Source of the DNA: a virus
Lineage: Duplodnaviria > Caudoviricetes
DNA: 28,585 nt
Direction: 5' to 3' (one strand)
Virus record (IMG/VR): IMGVR_UViG_3300027734_000248
Location: 1-28,585 of that record
Both the position numbers and the translations under genes were made by a program. Under the pieces are notes generated by a model that was not told where the DNA came from, did no database searches, and saw nothing but the letters and a program-made list of their open reading frames with translations. Positions 8,983-17,121 of the stretch are shown here, piece by piece (position 1 is the stretch's first letter; each line of letters starts with the position of its first letter).

Positions 8983-9846
8983 ATGCCAAACTGGGTCTAT
9001 AACAGATTGAGTGTTGAGGGTAACCAACACGAACTACAAGAGTTCGTTGATAAGGCTAGAAAGCAAAATGAAACACGCTGGCTATCTGAACAATGGATTA
9101 GGAACGAGGACGGAACTAATACTTCCGTTGAGGACAAAGACCGAAAGATTGAGGTTGAGTTATCGCCAGAGTGCGACTTATCATTTTGGAACTTCGTAGC
9201 ACCACCAGAGGAAATCTGGTCTGAATACTTTGGAACTACTGGTTTCGTTGAGGGCGTGGGCTTTACTGGCGAGAAGTCAGATAACAACATAGACGGCTCT
9301 AATGGCTGGTATGGCTGGAACTTAGAGAACTGGGGAACTAAGTGGAACGCCAGAGATGTTGATTTAACGCAAGACGAAAATGAAGCTGTCTATACTTTCT
9401 CTACGGCTTGGTCTATCCCCGAACCTGTCTTTCGTGCTATGGCAGAACAACACCCGACCTTGACTTTCACTATGGGTTGCGAGGAAGAACAGGGTTGGGG
9501 TGCTGAATACTCAGCAAGGGACGGCTCGTTGTATCTTGATAAAGAGTGGGACATACCACAGAGCCACGCTGACTATGTTGCTAAGGACGACGAGGACGGC
9601 TGTGTCTGTGCTAGGGACGACGACCAAGATGATTGGTATTCCGATTGTCCGAGAGAGGACGGCGAGTTCCTAGTTGTTGTTACCAAGACTTACAAAGTCA
9701 GAACCAACACAGCCGAGAACGCATACGCACTTATCCAAGAGAACGGCAACGACCCTGACGAACTTATGGAGTTCGTTGAGGGAACTCTAAACTCGTATGT
9801 AGTTGATACGGACGGCAAGCGTATCTATCCAACATTGGATAACTAA
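8983..9846 (+). CDS. DUF1281/YubB-like ferredoxin-fold protein with a C-terminal extension
   Basis: MPNWVYNRL start; WYGWNLENWGTKWNA; FSTAWSIPEPVFRAMAEQHP; own promoter TTGACA 8922; AAGGA RBS. Confidence 0.8.
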   Translation: MPNWVYNRLSVEGNQHELQEFVDKARKQNETRWLSEQWIRNEDGTNTSVEDKDRKIEVELSPECDLSFWNFVAPPEEIWSEYFGTTGFVEGVGFTGEKSDNNIDGSNGWYGWNLENWGTKWNARDVDLTQDENEAVYTFSTAWSIPEPVFRAMAEQHPTLTFTMGCEEEQGWGAEYSARDGSLYLDKEWDIPQSHADYVAKDDEDGCVCARDDDQDDWYSDCPREDGEFLVVVTKTYKVRTNTAENAYALIQENGNDPDELMEFVEGTLNSYVVDTDGKRIYPTLDN

Positions 9847-9973
9847 TGAGAAGTTGGACTTGGACGGCTTGCTCTAAAAAGCTTCTTTGGATTAGCAGAC
9901 GGATACACAGGCTCGCTTATTGGGTTGGCTCGCTATCCGATTTAGCAGACCGACACGCCAGACGGAAACGGAT

Positions 9974-10002
9974 TTGACAGGCTCGCTTATCTGTGATAGT
10001 AT
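9974..10002 (+). promoter_or_regulatory. SigA-type promoter with no downstream protein gene
   Basis: TTGACA 9974-9979, 17 nt, TAGTAT 9997-10002; GACACG at 9952; GGCTCGCTTAT repeats nearby. Confidence 0.7.
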
Positions 10003-10008
10003 GACGGA

Positions 10009-10390
10009 TAGAACTTGATAACTCAATAAAGACTTGCTTGACAAACGCTGAACCATAGTTGGTGCGAGGGTAGGAGATAATGCTCATACCTTAATGTCCA
10101 TAACGGCACTCGCAGAACCATAGTTGGTGCGTTGGGTTAGTGTAATGACGAACTCTCAATGTCAAGGAAACCGAGTGGATACTCGCTAAACTAGGTCTGT
10201 GGAGATAGAAGCACTTGTCCGTCAAGGACATAATCTAATTAGCTTAATGAGAAGCAGACCAAATTAAAAGACAGAGCAAAATGCGAAATACAGTTCCCAA
10301 GTGGAAGTAGCAGGGGTGGAGTTAACGCCACCAGAGCAATACTGCGAAAACACCAGCGAACTAAGTAGCACTCTGTCTTTTCTTTTACCC
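10009..10390 (+). ncRNA. Candidate ~380-nt structured non-coding RNA
   Basis: Own promoter, no credible + ORF, duplicated 21-nt hairpin (10046, 10111), stems 10194-10200/10254-10260 and 10266-10276/10371-10381, T-rich end. Confidence 0.6.
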
Positions 10391-10502
10391 TCTGGACTTG
10401 TATTCATTTTTTCACAGCGAAGGTGAAGGACACTTTGGATTAGTAATGAAAAGTTCTGAAATGAGTTGCGAAATGTCATAGGCGTATGCTAGGCTGTCCC
10501 CT

Positions 10503-10958
10503 ATGGACAATGAAAAACAAGTATGCGAGATGTGTGGCTTTGCTATGTCAGATACAGGCGAGGGTGCTTTTGAGTTGGAGTGTCGCTGTGCTGAACAGCA
10601 AGCACCAGAGTTTTATGTGTATGAGGCTGGCATAGAACAAATCTGGGCTAAACCAACTGAAACCAACTTCTATGTAATGCGTAATGGTGAAATGAGATAC
10701 CACCTCTACACAGACGAGAACCACGAGTATTACGAAGTAGTCAAATACACCAGCGACTTCTTTGAACTTGGTGTCAAGACAGACAAAGACTTAGAGAAAC
10801 TTCTGGACACGAACAGGTTAGAGAGCCTGAATAATCCTTGGTTTGAGATTTTCCACGACCAAGACGAGATGTGGGAGTATGGTGATGTGTTCTTTGAGTT
10901 GGACACAGCCATAGCAAAAGCGATAGAGTTAGGTAAAGAGAAAGGCTTTATGGTATGA
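10503..10958 (+). CDS. Acidic hypothetical protein with an N-terminal Cys cluster (leaderless)
   Basis: TTGCGA 10466, TAGGCT 10490-10495, ATG 7 nt later; CEMC...CRC; NNPWFE motif. Confidence 0.8.
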   Translation: MDNEKQVCEMCGFAMSDTGEGAFELECRCAEQQAPEFYVYEAGIEQIWAKPTETNFYVMRNGEMRYHLYTDENHEYYEVVKYTSDFFELGVKTDKDLEKLLDTNRLESLNNPWFEIFHDQDEMWEYGDVFFELDTAIAKAIELGKEKGFMV

Positions 10959-11245
10959 AACTAAGAACAGCATTGGGCGACACGCTAAAAGAGTTACGCT
11001 TAGAGAAACACAGAACGCTTAGGGACATTTCTGGGCAAGCAGGAGTAGCACTTGGCTACCTATCTGAAATAGAACGAGGTAGAAAAGAAGCTTCGTCAGA
11101 AATCCTTGAAGCACTATCTATTGCTCTGGGTATCAGCCTGCCTGAAATCCTAATCCTCACAGCGTTTAATATGGGCGGGACTTTTCCAGACACGCCAGAG
11201 GGAATACTTGACAACTATCTTGACACTATGGTAGTATCAAAGTAG
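10955..11245 (+). CDS. clgR: ClgR-like XRE-family transcriptional regulator
   Basis: LGDTLKELRLEKHRTLRDISGQAGVALGYLSEIERGRKEASSEIL closely follows the actinobacterial ClgR signature (TLREVS..A.VSLGYLSEVERG.KEASSELL); ATGA overlap with the previous gene. Confidence 0.82.
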   Translation: MKLRTALGDTLKELRLEKHRTLRDISGQAGVALGYLSEIERGRKEASSEILEALSIALGISLPEILILTAFNMGGTFPDTPEGILDNYLDTMVVSK

Positions 11246-11273
11246 CAACAAACAACTAACAGAAAAGGACAAA

Positions 11274-11621
11274 ATGATTACAAAGACATACACAGAACGC
11301 ATTGGTTATTGTGCCGTTGATAGTGGAACAATCCTAATCACCGACCCTAGTTATGTTTCCGATTTCGTGGATAACAAAATGGGTGAGGCTGGCGTGGGAC
11401 ACTATTCTTGGGCTGGTGCTTGTGCTACAACTCTCACGGACGAGGGGGCAGGGCAACTTGGGTTTATTAGAACTGGTGGCGAGGGTGCTGGTATTGTAGC
11501 CAGAACTGGTTACGGGGACGGGTTCTATCCCGTCTATGCTCACTATGTAGAGGACGACAACTGGGGCAAGCGTGTTGCTCGCCTAGAAATCATTTTCATT
11601 GACGAGGACGAGGTTAACTAA
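11274..11621 (+). CDS. DUF4241-like protein
   Basis: VDSGTILITDP and TGYGDGFYPVY motifs; AAGGA RBS. Confidence 0.7.
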   Translation: MITKTYTERIGYCAVDSGTILITDPSYVSDFVDNKMGEAGVGHYSWAGACATTLTDEGAGQLGFIRTGGEGAGIVARTGYGDGFYPVYAHYVEDDNWGKRVARLEIIFIDEDEVN

Positions 11622-11929
11622 TGGAACACAACTTCTACGCAGACGAAAACGAAACGGGCTGGATACCAGATGTCAAGATGACTAAGGTTGAGGGCGACAG
11701 AACCGAACGGAGAGTTTGGTTTCTCTGGCAAGGCAAGCCTCAATGGTTAGAAATGTCCACGCAGTATGACGGGTTCTGGTTAGTCAGCGACACCAAATAC
11801 ACCGAGGACTTTGAGGAGTGGCTTGACGAGAACCTTGACGGGTATGACAGCCTAGAAAGTATGTTCTCAACGGGCTTGCTTGATGTAATCCCTGACACTT
11901 ACTCGGTTGAGTTTGAGGTGGGCGAGTAA
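11621..11929 (+). CDS. Acidic hypothetical protein
   Basis: TAATG stop/start coupling; GAGG RBS. Confidence 0.75.
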   Translation: MEHNFYADENETGWIPDVKMTKVEGDRTERRVWFLWQGKPQWLEMSTQYDGFWLVSDTKYTEDFEEWLDENLDGYDSLESMFSTGLLDVIPDTYSVEFEVGE

Positions 11930-12144
11930 TGGACGACTTTACAGTTTGGCAAAAAGCGACAGTTTGGTATAAGACAAAGGTAACGGCTGATAGTCCAGAG
12001 CAAGCCGTTAAGCTTTCGCAAGATGACGCAGAGAATACGGGCTGGGACATTGACTTAGAAACAGCAGTAATGTCTGACGAGTTTGAGGTCTATGATGAAA
12101 ACGGCTCGCTAATGGAACTTGACAATACAGACGGCTTGGTGTAG
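11929..12144 (+). CDS. Small acidic DpnD/PcfM-like protein
   Basis: KVTADSPEQAVKL motif; TAATG coupling. Confidence 0.7.
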   Translation: MDDFTVWQKATVWYKTKVTADSPEQAVKLSQDDAENTGWDIDLETAVMSDEFEVYDENGSLMELDNTDGLV

Positions 12145-12153
12145 AGTATGGGT

Positions 12154-12408
12154 ATGAATAAAAACCAAACGGAAACAGGCGAGTATGTAGATGTCCTAAT
12201 AACTTGGGACGGCGAGCAAACCGATACAGACGAAGTAACAGTTGTAATCGGGGACGGCTCGGTAGTGTATGACGATAACTACCCCTTTGACGCAAGAGTG
12301 TATTTCTACTTTGATAACCGAGAGCAGTTTGAGTTAGCAAAGACGGGAATAGTAGAGGACATAAACTTCCAAATCATAAAGGTTTTGGACGAGAAAGAAA
12401 CGGAGTAA
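12154..12408 (+). CDS. Acidic hypothetical protein (probably leaderless; alternative start 12148)
   Basis: TTGACA 12119, TAGAGT 12142-12147, ATG 12154. Confidence 0.72.
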   Translation: MNKNQTETGEYVDVLITWDGEQTDTDEVTVVIGDGSVVYDDNYPFDARVYFYFDNREQFELAKTGIVEDINFQIIKVLDEKETE

Positions 12409-12410
12409 AA

Positions 12411-12644
12411 GTGCCAAAGACAAAAAAGATAGACACTTGGGAGTGGTTCGTAGAACGCTACCAAGAACTCGGATACAAATCACTAAATCAGTTTGCTATC
12501 AAGCAGGGCTTCCAGAAGTCCAGCCTTAGCAGATACTTCCACAAGCAAAGACAAATGCCAGCAGATACTCTGGTTGCTGTTTGCCTTGCTCTCAAAGTCA
12601 AGCCAGAGGAACTTCTGGTTGCTCTGAACGAGTGGAAACGCTAG
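12411..12644 (+). CDS. XRE/Cro-C1 HTH DNA-binding protein
   Basis: SLNQFAIKQGFQKSSLSRYFHKQRQMPADTLVAVCLALKVKPEELL; GGAG RBS, GTG start. Confidence 0.85.
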   Translation: MPKTKKIDTWEWFVERYQELGYKSLNQFAIKQGFQKSSLSRYFHKQRQMPADTLVAVCLALKVKPEELLVALNEWKR

Positions 12645-12796
12645 ACCAATCTCGCAGAAAGAGATAACACCTGAGCAAGTGTTCTAAACTGCTCGCTACT
12701 TTTTTAAGCTTTTAATCTGTATTCATTTTTTCACCCACGACACGCTATTTCCCAAATGGATTTGACTTTGGAAATACTTAATGCTAAGTTTGACTT

Positions 12797-13186
12797 ATGG
12801 CAAACACCACGACAGCAGGAAAGACTGCCTCAACATCAAGAGTAGTGATGACACCAACCACAGAGCCAGAGGTTCGCCTCTCGGCAAAGGGTCAAAAGGC
12901 AGTTCGGGAACTCCGAGATGCTCACAACTTGGAAAAGCAAGTTGCCGAAGTAGTAAAGGCTAGTCGTGAGATTATCCTTGACGAACTTGGCGACGAGCAG
13001 ACCAAGTTTGGAACTAACGCAAAGGGACAGCGTTTAGTGAAAATCCACCTTGTCCAACCAAAAACCCCAACTCGCTACAACACAGCAGAACTCGTAGCGT
13101 TCCTTGCTAAGACACAGCCAGAAGTTTTGGCTATGTTTAGAGCAGAGGACGCAACTGCCACAGTTAGAGTTCTCACGCTGAACTAG
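12797..13186 (+). CDS. Hypothetical coiled-coil protein (leaderless), apparent paralog of the 19211 gene
   Basis: TTGACT 12762, TAAGTT 12785-12790; Thr-rich N-terminus, LAKTQPEV motif. Confidence 0.8.
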   Translation: MANTTTAGKTASTSRVVMTPTTEPEVRLSAKGQKAVRELRDAHNLEKQVAEVVKASREIILDELGDEQTKFGTNAKGQRLVKIHLVQPKTPTRYNTAELVAFLAKTQPEVLAMFRAEDATATVRVLTLN

Positions 13187-13200
13187 CGTTGGTCAAAGAA

Positions 13201-13241
13201 AGCCAGCCAACTTTTCATTAAGGTTGGTTGGTTTTCTTTTT
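13201..13241 (+). terminator. Intrinsic terminator
   Basis: AGCCAGCCAAC...GTTGGTTGGTT followed by a T-tract. Confidence 0.75.
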
Positions 13242-13333
13242 AAGCTTTTAAATCTGTATTCATTTTTTCACACGCAACACGCCTGTTCCTAAATGGATTT
13301 GCTTTACAGGGCTGGTTCTGGTAGAGTGAGGTT

Positions 13334-13606
13334 ATGAACGAAGATGAACTGATTGAGAAACTGAAAACGCTTAGGGCAATGTTAAGCGACACACTTCTAG
13401 TAAGGGCTGGATTACAGGCACGAATAGAGGGCATTGAGACAGAACTAAAAGAGACAGGGCTGACACCTGACAGGGTTGGCAGTATGCTCACAGAGTTCGT
13501 TGAGATGAACGCACGACTAACTCTGGTTGGGTTGGAAATGAAAAGGATTTCTGATTGGTCAATCGCCAATCTGCCTAGTCAGTTCCACTTGACACTAGAC
13601 GATTAG
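13334..13606 (+). CDS. Hypothetical coiled-coil protein (leaderless)
   Basis: TTGCTT 13299, TAGAGT 13322-13327, ATG 6 nt later. Confidence 0.78.
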   Translation: MNEDELIEKLKTLRAMLSDTLLVRAGLQARIEGIETELKETGLTPDRVGSMLTEFVEMNARLTLVGLEMKRISDWSIANLPSQFHLTLDD

Positions 13607-13656
13607 TTTGATACAATGAACACGACAACAACAAGAGCCAGAAAGGGCTGAAGCAA

Positions 13657-14148
13657 ATGGGATTAGACCAATACCTATACGCAAGGAAATACATTAGTGG
13701 TAGCGACTACAAAAAAGTAGGTGGCGAACTAGTGAGAATACAGAACCAAGAATACGAAAACATAATCTCGCAGTTGGGATTAACTTCGTCTGATGTTGAT
13801 GACGAGTATCCAAGTGTGGAGTTGAGTGTCAAAGTTGGTTATTGGCGTAAAGACAACCAGATACACAAGTGGTTTGTTGATAATGTCCAAGAGGGCGAGG
13901 ACGATTGTAAGGCTTACTATGTATCGCCTGACAAACTCACAGACCTACATAACCTTTGTAAAGAGGTTTTATGGGAACACGACAAAGCAGAGAAACTTCT
14001 ACCAAGACACTCTGGGTTTTTCTTTGGTGATGTTGAGTATGACGAGTGGTATTTTAAAGGCTTAGAGAAAACAGTTGAGATACTAGAACGCCTACTCGGT
14101 AATCCAAAGTTCTTGGGCTGGGACTTCTACTACGATAGTTCTTGGTAG
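13657..14148 (+). CDS. Conserved phage protein of unknown function (MGLDQY...YWRK.N.IH.WF family)
   Basis: Characteristic motifs including GFFFG..EYDEWY; promoter TTGACA 13589 - 17 nt - TACAAT 13612; GAAAGGG RBS. Confidence 0.85.
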   Translation: MGLDQYLYARKYISGSDYKKVGGELVRIQNQEYENIISQLGLTSSDVDDEYPSVELSVKVGYWRKDNQIHKWFVDNVQEGEDDCKAYYVSPDKLTDLHNLCKEVLWEHDKAEKLLPRHSGFFFGDVEYDEWYFKGLEKTVEILERLLGNPKFLGWDFYYDSSW

Positions 14149-14170
14149 AACCTAGCACCACAAAAGACCA

Positions 14171-14211
14171 GCCACCTAACCTTACCCCTTTCGGTTAGGT
14201 GGTTTCTTTTT
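14171..14211 (+). terminator. Intrinsic terminator with an anti-RBS loop
   Basis: GCCACCTAACC/GGTTAGGTGGT stem, loop TTACCCCTTTC, T-tract. Confidence 0.8.
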
Positions 14212-14343
14212 AAGCTTTTAAAGTGTATTCATTTTTTCACACGACAAAATCTTCTGGGCGTGTGAGTTTGACTTTTCATTAGCGTTGGTGTAAAGTGGAA
14301 CTATAAACACAGAACGAAACCAAAGTAGTTCTGAAAGGGACAA

Positions 14344-14721
14344 ATGAAAGAACAAGCAACAACAATTACAGGTCTGGTAGCAACAACACCACGACACATA
14401 GTAACGCAAGACGGCTTGCCGATTACATCTTTTCGCCTAGCGAGTTCTGTAAAACGCTGGGACAACGGCAAGGGTGAGTGGGTTGATGGCGAAACAAATT
14501 GGTTCACCATTACGGCTTTTAAGCAGTTGGCAATCAACACGGCAACAAGTATCAGCAAGGGCGACCGAGTAGTTGTATCGGGTAGTCTGCGTGTGCGTGA
14601 TTGGGACAATGGCGAACGGGCTGGCACTTCGGTAGAACTTGAAGCCGATACACTCGGACACGATTTATCGTGGGGTCAAAGCACCTTTACCCGAACTGTA
14701 ATGGCGAAAGACGCAGAGTAG
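14344..14721 (+). CDS. ssb: Single-stranded DNA-binding protein, actinobacterial type, lacking the acidic C-terminal tail
   Basis: OB-fold motifs ITGLVATTP, ITSFRLAS, WVDGETNWFTITAF, KGDRVVVSGSLRVRDW, VELEADTLGHDL. Confidence 0.92.
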   Translation: MKEQATTITGLVATTPRHIVTQDGLPITSFRLASSVKRWDNGKGEWVDGETNWFTITAFKQLAINTATSISKGDRVVVSGSLRVRDWDNGERAGTSVELEADTLGHDLSWGQSTFTRTVMAKDAE

Positions 14722-14776
14722 AACGGAACGGCTTGGGGGTAGGCGAGCATAACGGCTCGCCTATTCCTTTGCTAAC

Positions 14777-14842
14777 GGCTCGCTTATGGCGAGCCTAACG
14801 GCTCGCTTAGGGCTTGACAACGGCAAGCCTATCTGGTATGCT
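14777..14842 (+). promoter_or_regulatory. Promoter preceded by a ClgR-operator-like palindrome
   Basis: GGCTCGC-TTATG-GCGAGCC 14777-14795; TTGACA 14814, 17 nt, TATGCT 14837. Confidence 0.55.
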
Positions 14843-14875
14843 GGAACTAACAACAATGTCTTAGAGAGGACACAA

Positions 14876-15121
14876 ATGACAACGGACACACTAACAGAAC
14901 TAAACGCTATGACGGAACGCAACGGACAACCTACTATCGCACTTTACAATCAGAACGAACGCTTGGTTGGAGTGGTTAACGGGTGGAGAGTTGCTGACGG
15001 AGTTATGAAACTAGACGAGAGCATTAGACGAGCAGTAGCAACTGACGAACTGACTATGCCTGAACTAGTGGAAATAGACCAGCAGATTTCCAGACTTCGC
15101 AAAATGCGTGGAACGCTTTAA
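14876..15121 (+). CDS. Hypothetical protein
   Basis: GAGGA RBS before ATG 14876 (the ORF-track start 14786 lies upstream of the promoter). Confidence 0.72.
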   Translation: MTTDTLTELNAMTERNGQPTIALYNQNERLVGVVNGWRVADGVMKLDESIRRAVATDELTMPELVEIDQQISRLRKMRGTL

Positions 15122-15240
15122 ACCAGAGCCGAACTTTTGTTCGGCTTTTTGGTTTGGCAGGTTTGTATTCATTTTTTCACTTGGAAAACTTCTCTGCGTG
15201 GGAACTTGATTATGTCAGTGGTATCTGCTAAGATTGAACT

Positions 15241-15438
15241 ATGAGCAAAGGTGGTGAGGAAATGGAAACTAAAACAAAGGTTAACTGCTTAACTTGTGGC
15301 GAAGTAGTAGCAGTAGCAACCATAATTGTAAATGGGCAATACTCAACTTGGGAAGAGCCTGTTTGTAAGAAGTGCTTGCTTGCGTCTATAAACGACAACC
15401 CTGAAAGTCTGTTTGTTGCTGACGCAACTGACGACTAG
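15241..15438 (+). CDS. Small CxxC...CxxC Zn-ribbon protein (start 15241 leaderless, or 15262)
   Basis: CLTC, CKKC; TTGATT 15206, TAAGAT 15229. Confidence 0.72.
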   Translation: MSKGGEEMETKTKVNCLTCGEVVAVATIIVNGQYSTWEEPVCKKCLLASINDNPESLFVADATDD

Positions 15439-15622
15439 CAGAGACTAGGTGTTGCCTAATAAACCAATACGAGAGATTGGATTAGGTGGCACTTTTTTAT
15501 TTGCCGATTTTTTTAGTATTCATTTTTTCACCTGTGAAAATAGTAGCGTGGCAAGTTTGTATTAACTTTGGATTAGTGGTAAGTTAGTGATGTTGCCAAA
15601 TGGTTTGGCACGAAAGGGACAA

Positions 15623-15871
15623 ATGGAAAAACCAGAAATGTATTTTAACGACCTGCTAAGTAGCCACGCTGGACACAAACTAGAAGTGGTGGAATACTGC
15701 TGTGGTTTCTGTGGGGCGACAACTGACTACCTGCTTAGATGTATTCAGGAACAAATAGACGACACCTGCTATGACGACCCTGCTGGAATTGCTAGGCAGT
15801 TGGTATCACCTGAACACGAGTGCGAAAGAGTTTTAACAAAGTTAAAAGAAAATCTAAGTTCTGGGGAATAA
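15623..15871 (+). CDS. Cys/His-rich hypothetical protein
   Basis: GAAAGGGACAA-ATG 15623; HAGH..CCGFC..C. Confidence 0.75.
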   Translation: MEKPEMYFNDLLSSHAGHKLEVVEYCCGFCGATTDYLLRCIQEQIDDTCYDDPAGIARQLVSPEHECERVLTKLKENLSSGE

Positions 15872-15899
15872 TTCTTAGGCTTGCTTGGTTACATTAAGT

Positions 15900-16100
15900 A
15901 TGAACAAACAAACAAACGCCACACGAAAGGGCAGACAAATCAACACCAACGACAACACCAACGAAAACGACAACTTGCTAAACCCGAAGTTTGGGCTGAA
16001 CACAGATACGCCAGACATCAAGGGTTTCTTAGAGTGGTTATTCAATCCCGAAGTTGATGAAGCTTTGGAAAAGTTTATCGCTGAACACGAAAACGACTAG
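15900..16100 (+). CDS. Small acidic hypothetical protein (start ATG 15900, or non-canonical ATC 15939)
   Basis: GAAAGGG at 15925 is followed by an in-frame ATC; terminator 16118-16140 follows. Confidence 0.55.
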   Translation: MNKQTNATRKGRQINTNDNTNENDNLLNPKFGLNTDTPDIKGFLEWLFNPEVDEALEKFIAEHEND

Positions 16101-16266
16101 CAACACGAACACCATTAGGCAGGGGCAACCCTGTCTTTTGGTTTGCCGAAACCTGTATTCATTTTTTCACACGACACACACGGGCAGGCGTGATGATTTG
16201 CTTTCAGGGCTGGTCTGTGGTAAAGTTATCTTGTTGTCGGGAAAGGCTCGGCACGAAAGGGAAACA

Positions 16267-16614
16267 ATGGGAAACAGAGTAATAATTCAGGTTCAGAGTG
16301 AGAGATTTCTCACACCGATTAACATTTACGGGCATTGGGCAGGCGACCAAGCCTTACCTGCTGTCCGTAATGTGCTGGCACGGACAGGCAGGATAGGCGA
16401 CCCGTCTTATTTGACGGCTCAACTGTTCTACGAGTTCGCACGGCTCGGCGAGTATGACGGCGAGTTATCTTTCGGGATAGACGCTTTCGGCTCGGACTTA
16501 GGGGACACAAACGACAACGACAACATCTATGTTAATGCTGACGACGGCTCGTATTGGGTCGGTAACGGCGAGCCGATAACGGAGTTCGCTGACGGCTCGG
16601 CAAGCAAAGTCTAA
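16267..16614 (+). CDS. Conserved phage-type protein (MG.R...IY.HW.G family)
   Basis: GAAAGGGAAACA-ATG 16267; IYGHWAGD motif; the ORF-track start 16054 spans a terminator and the 16-mer, so it was rejected. Confidence 0.8.
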   Translation: MGNRVIIQVQSERFLTPINIYGHWAGDQALPAVRNVLARTGRIGDPSYLTAQLFYEFARLGEYDGELSFGIDAFGSDLGDTNDNDNIYVNADDGSYWVGNGEPITEFADGSASKV

Positions 16615-16618
16615 CGGC

Positions 16619-16715
16619 TTGCGATTAGGGTTAACCCCCTTTCCCCTAATCGCAACGGGCGTGCCTATTCCGCCCTGACGGGTAGCAACCTTATCCCCTT
16701 TCGGTTGTTACCCGT
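16619..16715 (+). ncRNA. Tandem 3' hairpins with anti-RBS loops
   Basis: Stems 16619-16630/16644-16655 and 16678-16690/16703-16715; loops TTAACCCCCTTTC and TTATCCCCTTTC. Confidence 0.55.
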
Positions 16716-16803
16716 TCTCTTTGACGGCTTGCTCTGTATTCATTTTTTCACCCGTAGAGTGTCGGTGCTTGCTTTTGTCGGTGCTTGCTGGTAGAGTTAC
16801 CTT

Positions 16804-16962
16804 ATGAACGAAAACACAAAGCAGGAAGTCTGTCCAAGTTGCTCTGAAGCAGTTACAGAGAGCAACCCTCTTATTGACGCTGAACGCTATTCAGTAAGCG
16901 ATAAGACGGGTTATTGCCTAAGTTGCTATGACCCGACCCCGTATTATCCACAAATAGATTAA
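16804..16962 (+). CDS. 52-aa Zn-ribbon protein, leaderless (not in the ORF track)
   Basis: MNENTKQEVCPSC...GYCLSCYDPTPYYPQID; TTGCTT 16769, TAGAGT 16792-16797; terminator 16966-16997. Confidence 0.75.
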   Translation: MNENTKQEVCPSCSEAVTESNPLIDAERYSVSDKTGYCLSCYDPTPYYPQID

Positions 16963-17121
16963 TCAAGTCCCCTGCCTAATCAGCAGGGGATTTTTTTGCT
17001 GGTGGAAGTTGTATTCATTTTTTCACAAAGAAACGCTGGTTGAGGTCTTGATTTGCTATCTGGCTAAAAACTGGTAGAATTGTCTTATCAGTTGGAAATG
17101 CCAATTGGGAAAAGGGATAAA

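Noticed and set aside
10009-10390. tRNA or tmRNA in the ORF-less interval
   Set aside because: No GTTCRA T-loop, cloverleaf or CCA-type acceptor end could be found; kept only as an unassigned ncRNA candidate
16054-16266. Upstream extensions of ORFs 14786, 16054, 17080, 17414, 23332, 26315 and 27654
   Set aside because: The extensions run through terminators, the 16-mer or promoters; downstream starts have a clear RBS
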